From contig NC_043002.1 in the NCBI RefSeq assembly GCF_006345805.1, positions 50,964,001 to 51,028,000 of the forward strand: 64,000 bases of DNA, given 5' to 3'. This DNA comes from Octopus sinensis (Eukaryota). A program made the translations under genes and the position numbers. The notes below the pieces were generated by a model that was given only the letters and a program-made list of their open reading frames with translations, was not told where the DNA came from and made no database searches. Each line of letters begins with the position of its first letter. Position 1 is the stretch's first letter. Of this stretch, positions 1-12,018 are shown piece by piece.

Positions 1-238
1 CATGGCTATGATGCTCCCCCATTACTTCTGCTCGTGATCAGAGATGCGCATATCGTCAGCCACTAAGGGACGTGCTCAACTGGTTAAGGTCAAACAACTG
101 ACAAGCAAATCTGTGGTATTGAGGAGAATATTTGCTGTAGCCCATCTTTTATACCAAGACAAAACAATGTACATGATAACACTTCCAATCAGTTAATATC
201 AGAAGCCATGAGAGCCACTGCCTGGTACTGCATCAGGG

Positions 239-242
<4 letters not shown>
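1..242 (-). mobile_element. ~560-bp non-coding (AAT)n-flanked retroposon, copy 1 (only its 5' part lies in the window)
   Basis: Near-identical to 630-875 and 1775-1951; same 5' boundary (minus strand aatgccctgatgc) as copy 2; abuts (ATT)n at 241-312. Confidence 0.75.
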
Positions 243-302
<60 letters not shown>

Positions 303-312
303 CATCATTATT

Positions 313-875
313 GAGTAAGAGAGAGCAGTACATGCCATCAACGTGACACTGGGGTAAAATATATGAAACCCAGGATACCGATCATGACTACCCGTCTGAT
401 AAGGGTACACTAGGCATATGCTACACAACCATATGTGCGCGACATGGTAACCTCATATCAAGATAAACAGCACATGACCTTGCAGGTGGGGCCCAGCTAG
501 AATTTTCTTCTGGTCTAGTAGCCCATCCCGCTCAAAAGGTCCCTGAATAGGGGTTCTTTAAGGATGTTGAACGAAACACCCATGTTTCCACAGGTGAATT
601 ATTCAAACCCCAAAGAATCCCACTCAACACAGGGCTATGATGCTCTCCCATTACCTCTGCTCGTGATCAGAGATGCACATGTCGTCAGCCACTAAGGGAC
701 ATGCTCAACTGGTTAAGGTCAAACAGTTGACAAGCAATCTGTGGTATTGAGCAGAATATTTGCTGTAGACCATCTTTTATACCAAGACAAAACAATGTAC
801 ATGATAACACTTCCAATCAGTTAAGATCAGAAGCCACGAGAGCCACTAGAGAGCCTGGTATAGCATCAGGGCATT
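313..875 (-). mobile_element. ~560-bp non-coding (AAT)n-flanked retroposon, copy 2 (complete)
   Basis: 563 bp, flanked on both sides by (ATT)n on plus; minus-strand 3' end ...ctgctctctcttactc-aataat; no credible ORF; homologous to the three other copies. Confidence 0.8.
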
Positions 876-898
876 CATTATTATTATTATTATTATTC

Positions 899-938
<40 letters not shown>

Positions 939-961
939 TATTATTACTATTATTATTGTTA

Positions 962-1400
962 TTCCTTCGTAACACAGTGTAGGTAAAAATGCACCGGAGT
1001 CTTTAGTTATCTGTCAAGTCACAACAAGGACCTCAGACAAATAATACTTTCCTTAAGATGTGCACTCTGCCCAACAAGGCTGCTTTTTGCAAGACATCAA
1101 TCTTGCATGGGATTTCCGATTGCCTTAAGAAGTCTTGAAGTTTCAATGGGATTGAGCCCAAAGCTCCTATCACTACTGGTATCACTTTTACATTACCCTC
1201 TCGCTTTCCATACAGTCTTACCATTTCCACTTTTAATTCGCAGTACTTGGCGATTTTGTCAGCCTCTTTGCTCACAACATTCATGTCATTTGGTATGGCT
1301 ACATCAATGATCTGACAGTATTTGTCTCTCTTACTTAATATGACAATATCCGGTCGGGGCGGTGTTCGATTACACGATCCGTCTGAAAATCATAGTCCCA
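962..1400 (-). mobile_element. R4/Dong-clade non-LTR retrotransposon, 5'-truncated 3' end (restriction-like endonuclease domain plus 3' UTR)
   Basis: Minus translation WDYDFQTDRVIEH/RPDIVILSKRDKYCQIIDVAIPNDMNVVSKEADKIAKY...VIPVVIGALG...LQKAALLG, a PD-(D/E)xK-type RLE with one frameshift; stop at 1033; (AAT)n on both sides. Confidence 0.85.
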
Positions 1401-1415
1401 TTATTATTATTATTA

Positions 1416-1465
<50 letters not shown>

Positions 1466-1951
1466 GAGTGAGAGAGCAGTGCATGCCATCAAAGTGACAC
1501 TGGGGTAAAATATACGAAGCCCAATATACCCGTTTGATAAGGGTACACCAGGCACATGCATCACAACCATATGTGCGCGACATGGTGATCTCATATCAAG
1601 ATAAACAGCACATGACCTTGCAGGTGGGGCCCAGTTAGAATTTTCTTCAGGTTGAGTAGCCCATCCCGTTCAAAAGGTCCCTGAATAAGGGTTGTTTAAG
1701 GATGTTGAAAGAACCACCCATGTTTCCAGAGATTAATTATTCAAACCCCAAGAATCCCTCTCACACATGGCTATGGCTCCCCCACTACTTCTGCTCGTGA
1801 TCAGAGATGCACATATCGTCAGCCACTAAGGGACATGCTCAACTGGTTAAGGTCAAACAACTGACAAGCAAATCTGTGGTATTGAGCAGAATATTTGCTG
1901 TAGCCCATCTTTTATACCAAAACAAAACAATGTACATGATAACACTTCCAA
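1466..1951 (-). mobile_element. ~560-bp non-coding (AAT)n-flanked retroposon, copy 3 (5'-truncated)
   Basis: Same 3' end as copy 2 (ctgctctctcactc-aataat), truncated about 60 nt into the 5' end, (AAT)n on both sides. Confidence 0.8.
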
Positions 1952-2027
1952 TTATTATTATTATTATTATTATTATTTTATTATTATCATCATCATCATC
2001 ATATCATCATCATTATTATTATTATTA

Positions 2028-2075
<48 letters not shown>

Positions 2076-2142
2076 TATTATTATTATTATTATTATTATT
2101 ATCATCATCATCATCATATCATCATCATTATTATTATTATTA

Positions 2143-2206
<64 letters not shown>
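1952..2206. repeat. Compound (ATT)n/(ATC)n microsatellite
   Basis: Read directly from the sequence. Confidence 0.95.
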
Positions 2207-2207
2207 C

Positions 2208-2440
2208 AAGGTGGTCAACTGGTAGAATCGTTAGCACGCTGGACGAAATGCTTAGAGGTATTTCGTCTGCCGCTACGTTCTGAGTTTAAATTCCTCCGAG
2301 GTCAACTTTGCCTTTCATCCTTTCGGGGTCGATTAACTAAGTACCAGTTACGCACTGGGGTCGATATAATCGACTTAATCCGTTTGTCTGTCCTTATTTG
2401 TCCTCTCTGTGTTTGGCCGCTTGTGAGTAGTAAAGAAATA
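2208..2440 (+). mobile_element. tRNA-headed SINE family B (central gcctttcatcctttcggggtcgat domain, Deu/Nin-like)
   Basis: A-box-like tggtagaatcg, B-box-like gagtttaaattcc, tail ...taaagaaata; related pieces at 2440-2600, 3940-4050, 8400-8560(-), 24650-24845(-), 54040-54235(-). Confidence 0.7.
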
Positions 2441-3145
2441 TGTATTTCGCCTGTTGCTATGTTTTATATTCAAATTCCTCCATAGTTGACTTTGCTTTTC
2501 ATCATTTTGGAGTCGAGGAAATAAGTACCAGGTACACACCTGGGTCGGTGTAATCGAATAGCCCCCATCTCCACCAAAATCTCAGGCCTTATACTTATAT
2601 TAAAAAGGATTATTGTTATTGATATTATTATTAATGGAGACAACTGTGAATAAATAAAAGTGATATTTAAAAGTTGAAGCTACACAGCAAATTCAGCGAT
2701 TGACTTTATACTTGGTCTCTTTTGCGCCGAACCGTAGAAGTGCTGAGCCTACAATCAATGATTTCTCGTCTAGTTCACGGTGGAGAGACAATGTTTCTTA
2801 CTGTGGATAATTTGGTTTATATTAAGTCAGATAAAGAAGATTATCGGTGTGCTTAATCTTTGCTGGCTAGTGAACGCTAGGATGCTGTATTGTTATATAT
2901 TATCTTTCTCTCGGATATTACGTTAATAGGACTAGATAGATAATATATTCCAATTTGACACATAAAGACTGACAGATCTGCCAGCGGCATCTTTTCTTTT
3001 ACTTGTTTCAGTCATTGAACTGCGGCCATGCCGAGGACCGTTTTGATAACTTTAGTCAAACCAGCTGTTGTGTGGGGGGGGGGGAAGCAAAGACAAAGAC
3101 AAATACATGTACACATATATACGTATACATACATGTGTGTGTGTA

Positions 3146-3196
<51 letters not shown>

Positions 3197-3384
3197 TACT
3201 TAGTTGTTAAAATGTTGCAATAATGATCGTAGGGCTATGGTTTCCATTCCTGGACCGAGTGGTGTGTTCTCTGTTCGAGCAAAGCACTTCATTTCACGTT
3301 GCTTTAATCCAACCAACTGACAAATGATTAATCCTGCGAGGGACCAGCGTCCTATCCAGTAGTTGGGAAGGGAATATATATATA

Positions 3385-3606
3385 TATAATATTAATTAGA
3401 GACAAAACCACTATTATGCAAATCAAACAAATAAAGACTTAATCCAATACATAAAAATTTTTTATATAAATTAAATATAATTAAGATTAATTAATCTTAA
3501 TTAATCTTAATTATATTTAATTTATATAAAAAAGTTTTATGTATTGGATTAAGTCTTTATTTGTTTGATTTGCATAATAGTGGTTTTGTCTCTAATTAAT
3601 ATTATA
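3385..3606. repeat. Long palindrome, 106-bp arms with one mismatch and a 10-nt duplicated centre
   Basis: 3385-3490 is the reverse complement of 3501-3606 except one a/c position; the spacer ttaatcttaa duplicates the start of the right arm. Confidence 0.92.
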
Positions 3607-3686
3607 TTATATTTTACTATAAAATTGGATTCAATCCTAAATCTGATTTTTCCCTGTAAATTTGGATTTATTCCCTAATATTTATT

Positions 3687-3730
<44 letters not shown>

Positions 3731-4654
3731 TACAGAATATGAGAAATCGGCTTAGGCGCATGTGGCTCGCGACGGACGATTGCTTCTTTATATATATATA
3801 TATATATATATTATATACACACGCACACACACATAAATCATTTAAGTTTGTGTACAGGAAACTTTTTGAATATTCATATAAAATCTCCTGTTTTATCATA
3901 CCGCCTACAGCCTAATGATGCCAACTGGCAATACCATTTTCTGTGGGGTACCAGTTTCCAGCTGGCGTCGATGTAATCGACTTAATCCCTTTGTCTGTCC
4001 TTGTTTGTCCCCTCTATGTTTAGACCCTTGTGGGCAGTAAAGAAATACATTTTTTTTTGGGGGGGGAGCATCGGATCGAGCTGTGCGGATATAATGTTGG
4101 ATAAATATAGTAACAATAATAATAACAATAATCCTTTGAAAACACTTACCAAGGGTGCTGTGCTGTGGAATCGACTTCGAAATTGCGTGTTTGCAAAGCG
4201 CGCTGCTTAGAAGCACAACCGTGCCTGCGCGTGTTCCAATCCAGATTCATTTTTGTATACATTACTATACATAGATGCTATTTTACTTGTTTGCTACCTG
4301 CAGTATTATAGCATATATTAATGCTTACAATATACTTTTGCCACTCCGTCTAGTATCAGAGAATGTTACGTAGGTAAAGTAATTATAATTTTACTTTCTT
4401 GCAAATTTCATGGGTATATGAATTCTAATGCAATGAATGCAAATTTTCAAGATATAATTCTTTATCCAATTAAAATTATAACAAATTCCTGGTTTATATA
4501 TTTACAATATATATATGTTATCAATAACCATAAAATTGTTTATCAATTAATTATAGATATAGCATATCCTGTTACTACCACGAAGGCAAAATTATGTTCC
4601 CAATGTTACCTGTTTGAGGACAGATACACACGAATTAGTATCACATCGTTCATC

Positions 4655-4980
4655 GTTTACTTGAATCAGACTGCGGCCATGCTGGGGCTTCCACCTTCAA
4701 GAATTTTAGTCGAACGAATCGAACCCAGTACTTTTGTTTTAAGACTGGTACTTATTCTATCAGACTCTGTTGCCGAACCGCTAAATTATTATTACAAACA
4801 CTGGTTACATACGCGCGCGACGACACACACAACAGGACAGGCTTCTTTCAGTTTTTCTCTACCAAATCCACTGATAAGGCTTTGATCAGCCTGGGGCTAT
4901 AGTGAAAGACACGTGGCCAAAGTGCCATGCAGTGAAACTGCGCTCGGAATCTTCTTACCACGCATTCATGCCTGCGCCAA
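4655..4980 (-). mobile_element. tRNA-headed SINE family A (internal TA/CA microsatellite), decayed
   Basis: Reverse complement matches the other copies: ctgaaagaagcc...gatagaataagtac...cagcatggccgcagtc. Confidence 0.7.
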
Positions 4981-5165
4981 TGTATACTAATTCAGATTAC
5001 TGAATCTAATTTGACTAATGAAGAATTAGAATTTAGAGCTATTTCTTTTTTCAGTACATCTCGAGCTCATCCTGGATGACTTAGCAGTCAGGAGTTGATA
5101 AATTATTTACCAGTAATGTAGATTCAATCAACTACATCAGTCCTCAGAAAGAATGTGGCTTCACA

Positions 5166-5206
<41 letters not shown>

Positions 5207-5207
5207 G

Positions 5208-5251
<44 letters not shown>

Positions 5252-5275
5252 ATGATGGTGTCTTCCGCCGAAGAC

Positions 5276-5465
5276 GACGTATGAGCGTTCAGCTTTTTGC
5301 CGAACGACCTGCCCAAATGATTTCTTTACAATAGTCGAATGTTCGTTCCGCATTTTAGCTCAATCCCTCTCTCCCTAAGATCGACTTTGCCCGAACAGTT
5401 GCACGATGTACCACACATCAGGTGTCAAAAACATTACAGAGCAATGTGAGATGAAGTGTTCTTGT
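5276..5465 (-). mobile_element. SINE family E, 5'-truncated
   Basis: Homologous to the tail of 23355-23635. Confidence 0.55.
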
Positions 5466-5479
5466 CACACTCTGTGTCA

Positions 5480-5745
5480 CGCTGAATCTCCTCGAGAACT
5501 ACGTTAAGGGTACACGTATCTGTGGAGTGCTCAGCCACTTGCACGTTAATAGATGAGCTGCGACGTCAATGGTGCCAAGCTGTATCGGCCTTTGCCTTTC
5601 CCTTGGATAACGTCGGTGGCGTGGAGAAGGGAGGCTGGTATGCGTGGGCGACTGCTGGTCTTCCATAAACAACCTTGCCCAGACTTGTACCTCGGAGGGT
5701 AACTTTCTAGGTGCAATTCCATGGTCATTCATGACTGAAGGAGGT
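5480..5745 (+). mobile_element. SINE-like or LINE-3'-derived interspersed repeat fragment
   Basis: cacgctgaatctc...gggtaactttctaggtgcaattccatggtcattcatgac resembles recalled octopus repeats; family unresolved. Confidence 0.35.
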
Positions 5746-5764
5746 CACAATATATATGTATGTA

Positions 5765-6953
5765 CAGAGGTTGGTCAAAATAATGGAAACACCTTAAAAT
5801 TTTTATTTTAATATAGGGTAGGACCGCCTTTGGCAGTAATTACAGCTTGAATTCTACGTGGTATACGGACTCGTACAAAGTTTTAATTGCTTCCCAAGAA
5901 TTTTTATTGATTCTTGAGCTAAAACAGTCTCCAGTTCTTGTAGAGATGAAGGTGGAGGATATCAACGTCTTACATGTTTTTCTAAAGTGTACCATAAATA
6001 TTCAATAATATTAAGATCTGAGTACTGTGGTAGCCAGATAAGGTGTTCAACTTCCCCAGAATGTTCCTCATGTCATTCAGTAACAACATTTAGCTGTGTG
6101 AATTGGTGCATTATCGCCCTGAAAGAATGCGTTTCCTTCCGGAAGCAGTTCCACAACCATAGGATGAATTTGGTCAGATAAAACGCTTAAATAGTCTTCA
6201 CTATTAATTTTGCCATGAAAGAAAATTTTTAGGCCGGCGGATTTCCAAGATATAATCCCACCAGATCATCACAGATCCTCCTCCATGTTCAACAGTTGGA
6301 AGAATGCAGTCTAGGCCAAATGCTTCTTTTGGCTGTCCCCACATTCTTCCTCTCCTCTAGGGATTAATTCTAGGCTTTTACTCCACTCTGAACGCTTTGC
6401 AACATTTGTTTTTGAAAGTAGTAGTTTTCTGATTGCAGCCCACCCCGTGAATTCCGGCTTTGTGCAGCTCCCGACGAACAGTTTTTGTGGAAACTGGATT
6501 CTCGAGGTGATCATTAAGCTCTGCAGTAATTTTGGGAGTTGTACTTTTGTGCTCCTTTCTAACAATTCGCGTAAGAGCTCGACGGTCCCTAGCTGAAAGA
6601 TTTTTTCGACGAGGTGGTTTTTTCCATCTTTCTCACAGGCTGTCATTACTTTCGAGACAGCACTTCTTGATCCACCAAACATTTCGGCTGTTTTCGTTAC
6701 GCTAGCGCTCGCCATTTGAGCACTAACAATTTGACCTCTTTGAAAGTCCGACAGATCTGTAATTTTAATGAATTTTAATTACCTTTTTCTGATGATATCT
6801 TAAAAAAAGAGCAATTTTAGCAAAACATATTAAGCAACACTAATAATAAATAAAAAAAAATATAAAAGTAAAGAAGCTTTTGACGGTTTTATAGATATTT
6901 CAGAATTATAATGCGATGATGCTAGGTATTTCCATTATTTTTTCCAACCTCTG
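5765..6953 (-). mobile_element. Tc1-family (DD34E-type) DNA transposon, decayed, both TIRs present
   Basis: TIR cagaggttggNNaaaataatggaaaNacct at both ends, TA on the left flank; minus frames give HTH ASVTKTAEMFGGSRSAVSKVM, FQGDNAPIHTAK and WLPQYSDLNIIEYLW (WPxQSPDLNPIE-like); stops and frameshifts. Confidence 0.85.
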
Positions 6954-7001
6954 TGTATATATATATCAGATATTCCGTAGGAATGTAGCATTTATACATT
7001 A

Positions 7002-7804
7002 CTAGCAGCATAGCCCGGCGTTGCCCGGGTATGTAAGAGCCCCTAGTAGGCAACGACTAATCCCAATCTAGTCCTTTCCCTCTAGGGAACGAAGGCGCAT
7101 GTGTAGGTTGCAATGTCTTCTCTTCTCTCCCAAATAACTATCAAACAGCTATCGATAATTCAACCCAACCAATTCCTACCAGGAAGAAATTACATTCGAG
7201 ACTTTACCCCCAACACCGCCACTTCTGCTAATAGCTGCTGCAGCCGCAAGTTATTCGAATTCTTTTTTTGTTTACACTTTCTTTATAACTACCACCCCAA
7301 ACGTTTTACCTTAAATTTTTGACATACCCTAAGGGTCCTCGAACGCTACTTGCAAACTCTTGGTTTATTATAAACCGCTTTTGTCGTGTGCATCAAAAAC
7401 CCTTTTCCATTCGTTTGTTCAGGTTGGTCACTTTTGACTTTTTCGTTGTTGTCACTCACATTGCTGCCCGCTTTTTTGCCGTTTTTGTAAATTTTTATAC
7501 ATTTTGGGATACTTACCCCACGTGTTCCGAGAGTTGAAAAGGTCGAGTTGCGTCCCCTAGACAGTCTGTAGAAAATGTGTTGCATATAAAAAGCTTAGAT
7601 TCTCGACCCATGTCGAATTTATCGATTTTTTTTTCAGAAGTGGGATCTTTTCAAACTTTTCGCTGCGTTAGTTTTGAATTATGACATTGGGCTACGTGTG
7701 TGTCAAGTTTCATCAGAATCGGTTGAAAGCCGTGGTCAGGGTGAGGGTACAACCTGACAGACACACAGACAGAAAAACTGCCGTTCATATATAGAGAGAA
7801 GAGA
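7002..7804 (-). mobile_element. Non-autonomous Helitron
   Basis: Minus strand A|TC 5' end at 7804; 3' GC hairpin cccgggcaacgccggg followed by CTAG|T at 7002; subterminal (GACA)-type microsatellite. Confidence 0.75.
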
Positions 7805-8917
7805 TTATGATTATTAAATGCAGATTCGACTTCATTCTTGGACATCGCCAATATAGATTCCTTACAGTATAATGTGTATCCTAGTACTTAGTTCTAAAGT
7901 ATAGTTTGTGTAATATTAAATGATTAACTACTCCTGGATAGGATGTGGGTCAACTTTCGATGTGATTTACTGACGATTGAAAAAGAATCCAGCTCATGAA
8001 ACTTATATATGGTGAACCAGTACGCACTACTTTAAACTGGTTCTATGAATAGACACTCATAACGTTCGATGCAGTAGATCAGTAATGTAATTAATATGCG
8101 TATTTCCTTAAATGACAGTGACGTACGTAGCAGGAAATCCAATCCAATCTCTTTTCATCTTTTCCACAAGAGATTCGGCAATTTACTAGACGTTGTTTTT
8201 ATCATTCTGTGTATGTGGGGTTGGGTAGTCGCGCCCATATCATTGTGAAGGCTCTGATAGTCTAGTGAGAGAATTGTATTTAATATCCTTCTTGAACTTC
8301 TTTTAAGTTGATGTATGTGTTTAAGAAAAAAAAAAAAAGCAACAAAACAAAACACACAGGAGCAAAGTGTGAATTACTGAAGGTTGTAATTCTAGAGGGG
8401 ACGTATTAATAATTGTTTCTAGCATTGGCACAAGACCTGAAATTTTAGGGGAAAAGTAATACTTGATGATATTGACCCCAATACTTGACTATCAATTTAT
8501 GTTATCGACGTCGGAAAGCTGAACGGCTAGGTTTTGGCGTGGGAGGGATTTGAACTCAAGAATAAACATTACTAATAGAAAAGTAGCTCTGTACAAAGCT
8601 TTGATGAGTAAGATAAAGTAAGGATGATGTTGGCTTGTCCGAAATGTTACTTCAATGGCGATAGTATGATGTTTGCTTGTTCAAAATTGTAAAAGAGTTG
8701 CTATATCGGTAGGAGAGATATAAGAAAAAAAACCCAAATATCTATAACAGCTGCGAGCCAATGAATGTATTATGTCGATGCGTAAGCCTTTGTAATCCCC
8801 AGGTTTGCCAGAACAAGACATGGGAGTAGGGCTTGTTTTTTTTTCACAGAAAACTAGCAACTTATTAAGCCTGAAATATATTTTACCTTCTCAACGTGAA
8901 GCCTGTCTAATCTTTGA

Positions 8918-9165
8918 AGAGATGCGTGTGTTAGTGGTTAAAGAGTTACATTCATGATAGTAAGATTTTGATTTCGATTCCTGGACCGGGGAATGTGTTG
9001 TGTTCTTGAGCAAGACACTTCACTTCACGTTGTTCCAGTCAACGCAGCTGGCAAGTAATCCTGCGAAGGACCAGCATGCCATCCCGGTGGTGGGATGGAT
9101 TTAGAATACATACGCCACAGAATCCGGGAAACCGGCCTTACGAGTCTATGCCTCGTGAAAGACAT
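8918..9165 (+). mobile_element. tRNA-headed SINE family C (CORE-like central domain)
   Basis: ttagtggttaaagag...ttcgattcctggaccgg...ttgtgttcttgagcaagacacttcac; other copies at 3190-3365, 13286-13525, 19935-20150(-), 53225-53432(-). Confidence 0.7.
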
Positions 9166-9609
9166 TTGATCGCTCTATTTTTTTTGTCTTATCCGCAGTA
9201 AGTTGTGTTGGCAATGTTCTAGATTCGTGGTACCCAAGAAAGATTATCAGATTTTGTGAAGAACAGTATCTGTTGCAGGATTCAACATCATTTGTAAAAC
9301 ATCGAAAGGAAGTGATTCCTAAGGACTCTTCCTCCACGTCCCTCCCACGAGTAGTAGGGGGAGATGGATGGATGGAATATGTGAAGATATTATATAAGAA
9401 GACTAGAGAGAAAGATAAAATAAGACGAATATCACCCCGTATTTTTTTAGATTAATAATTTGTGTATGAAAACTATAAGGTATTTCAATAAGTTACAAAA
9501 TACTTATTTACCCAAAACAAGCTTTAGCTGGTCTGTACAGTTTCCCGTTATGCTTGCCTTTACTCATCTTTTTTTTTCTCCTTGATTTGGATGTTTAAAT
9601 CTTATAAAC

Positions 9610-9956
9610 CAGTAGTTCTCAACTATTTTTCTAACATTTAGACCCCTTTGATTTGATATTTTATTTTTTAGCCATTCGATATTTATAGATACGGCTTTCG
9701 AAATTTCTATTTTGTTTTTTTGTGCATTCACTTGTATATGTTTGCAATGACATTTTGAGAGACCATGTATCAGAGGCCAGAAACATGTTGAGCGATGTAA
9801 AACGTCAGAGAAAGAAACATGGCTGTTCCTTACAATAAATGCGACTAAAGCAAAATCTTTTAATGGACGTTTAAAATACTACCGTGATCCACAATTTACT
9901 GTTTTATTTGCGTGGATCCCGCAAAATCTTATACGGACACCAGTTGAGAACCTCTA
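9610..9956. mobile_element. hAT (Charlie-like) MITE
   Basis: TIR cagtagttctcaac / gttgagaacctcta; 8-bp flanks ttataaac and ctgtaaac (6/8 identical), consistent with a hAT TSD. Confidence 0.6.
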
Positions 9957-10720
9957 CTGTAAACTGATGGCACTAAAGGAAAACACGATTACAAGATAAA
10001 AAAAACAAATATGAATGTCAAGCTCTCCCTTATAATAAGACAAGCAGCATTTGCAGTAAAGTTTATATATTTTCATGCTACTTTAATATTACAAAGCAAC
10101 CGCTACAACAGCACCAGCACAAACTACAAAAAAACAGTTTACAAAAATGAAAAGCAAAGCAATAAAAAATATTAAAAGAGCGAAGGTAAAAAAAAAAGAA
10201 ACCTTCATTCAATCATTTTTAGAATCGTTCTTGACAGGTTTCAAGGGTTTCATGATATCACTATAACATTCTCCACTTAGAATAGATATGACTAACAATC
10301 TTTCTTCTTTCGTGCCAAAATGACTACTTTGACGTCAGCAGCTAAAGTGAGCGCTTGTTGATTAACACAACATTATTATTATTATTGTTGTTGTGGTGGT
10401 GGTGGTGGTGGAGGTTGTTGTGTGCAGGGTTGTGGTGTTGGGGGTAGTGGTGGTGGTTGTGGTGGTGGGGATGGTGGTGGTGGTGCTGCTGCTGCTGTTG
10501 CTGCCGCGGTTGGTGCCAGCAACTCATTGTTTAAGGTTGCTCGTAAGTTTTTCTTTGTATATATTCAAAAGACGATCGCAGAAATTTTGAGAAATGAAAC
10601 TTATTTAAGCTTACCAGAGTACATTCGGTTGGTTGTCATTTTTGTTTCTTGTCCTGTTGCCGCTGAAATTTGTTATAAAATTTTTCAAATGTTGTTTTCA
10701 GAAACAATTGTTTTACGAAC

Positions 10721-11870
10721 ATGGCGTCAGCTTCCACAGTTAGCAAACCGACGGGAGAGATGATACACAATGACAGGTGTTTTACATCGAAAAGGAGGAA
10801 GACGATTGTCAAGGGTGGAAAGCCCGAAGTCCAAATAGCAACAGCCATAACAGTAACAACAGTAGCAAACTCCACAACAGCATCATCAGCAGCAATAGGT
10901 GGAAAGACATTATACTCATGGAAGGAGAGGAGGTATTTTCATCGTTAGAATTTCAAAGTTTAAAAGATTGCTTCTGATTCTGCAGACAACATTAAGAAAC
11001 ATAACATCAACGGCAGCTGCAGCAGCAGCAATTATGGTAAAAACAACAGCGATAGCAGCAGCAGCAGCAGCGAAGGCTGGTTCTAAAAACTTTTAAGTAG
11101 CAGTGAAAACACAGCAAACATATTTCTTTTTGCTATGATTGTCAAAGCTTTCGATGTTGAATCAGTGGACAAAAAGCACGGTCAATTAGAAGACAATTAG
11201 AAGAAATATATCAGGAGATTAGAACAGAGAAATGTTTTGCTTAATATAACGAAGCACCTCTTTTATGAAATTCTGTATAGATATTTATCTACGAAAAGAC
11301 ACAAATTAGAGTGTATACATTCAGACCTGAACTCTGAAAAATATATGGTCTGACAATAATTTTGTGAGATATTTCCATGGGTTCAAGTACATACGAGTTA
11401 TTTTTCAGTTAGAAATCCTAGCTCAGAAGCAGCTGACATAAATAATTATTTCTTCGTGGGGCAGAGAATAATTCGAGTGAAAATTTCTACTATACCACTA
11501 TAACTAGGCTTTTGGTGGGTGGTTCGATGTAAGGTTTGGGAATAATCTATCACGCTGGTAGAAATAAAAAGATTTCGCAAATAAAATTGGGCTGGGATGG
11601 TGCTGGAGGTTTTGAATCTGTTGAATTTACATTAGACTAAATTCCGGACCTAACAGAAATCCCAGGAATGCTGCGACTGCGGATAGTAGTGGAAAATAGA
11701 AGACCTCGATGTCACAAATGTGGAAACACTGTACTGTTCACTTCCCCAGCAACAACAGAAAACACAGCTAAAAAGTCTTTGCAGTTTCACAACCACCACG
11801 AACAGCAACAAGCATATCACAAACAGCTGCAGCAATTACAAGAACAGTACGAAAAGGCAACAGCAGTGAT
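10721..11870 (+). pseudogene. Decayed gag-like ORF1 of an L1/Tx1-type LINE
   Basis: Fragments IVKAFDVES, GQRIIRVKISTIP and IVVENRRPRCHKCGN (degenerate CCHC knuckle) in order, with many stops; A/T/Q low-complexity segments. Confidence 0.45.
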
Positions 11871-11889
11871 TACAACACCAGCTGCTTCT

Positions 11890-11926
<37 letters not shown>

Positions 11927-11946
11927 CAGCAGTAGTAGTGGTAGTT

Positions 11947-12018
<72 letters not shown>
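11890..12018. repeat. (AGT)n/(AGC)n microsatellite
   Basis: Read directly from the sequence. Confidence 0.95.
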
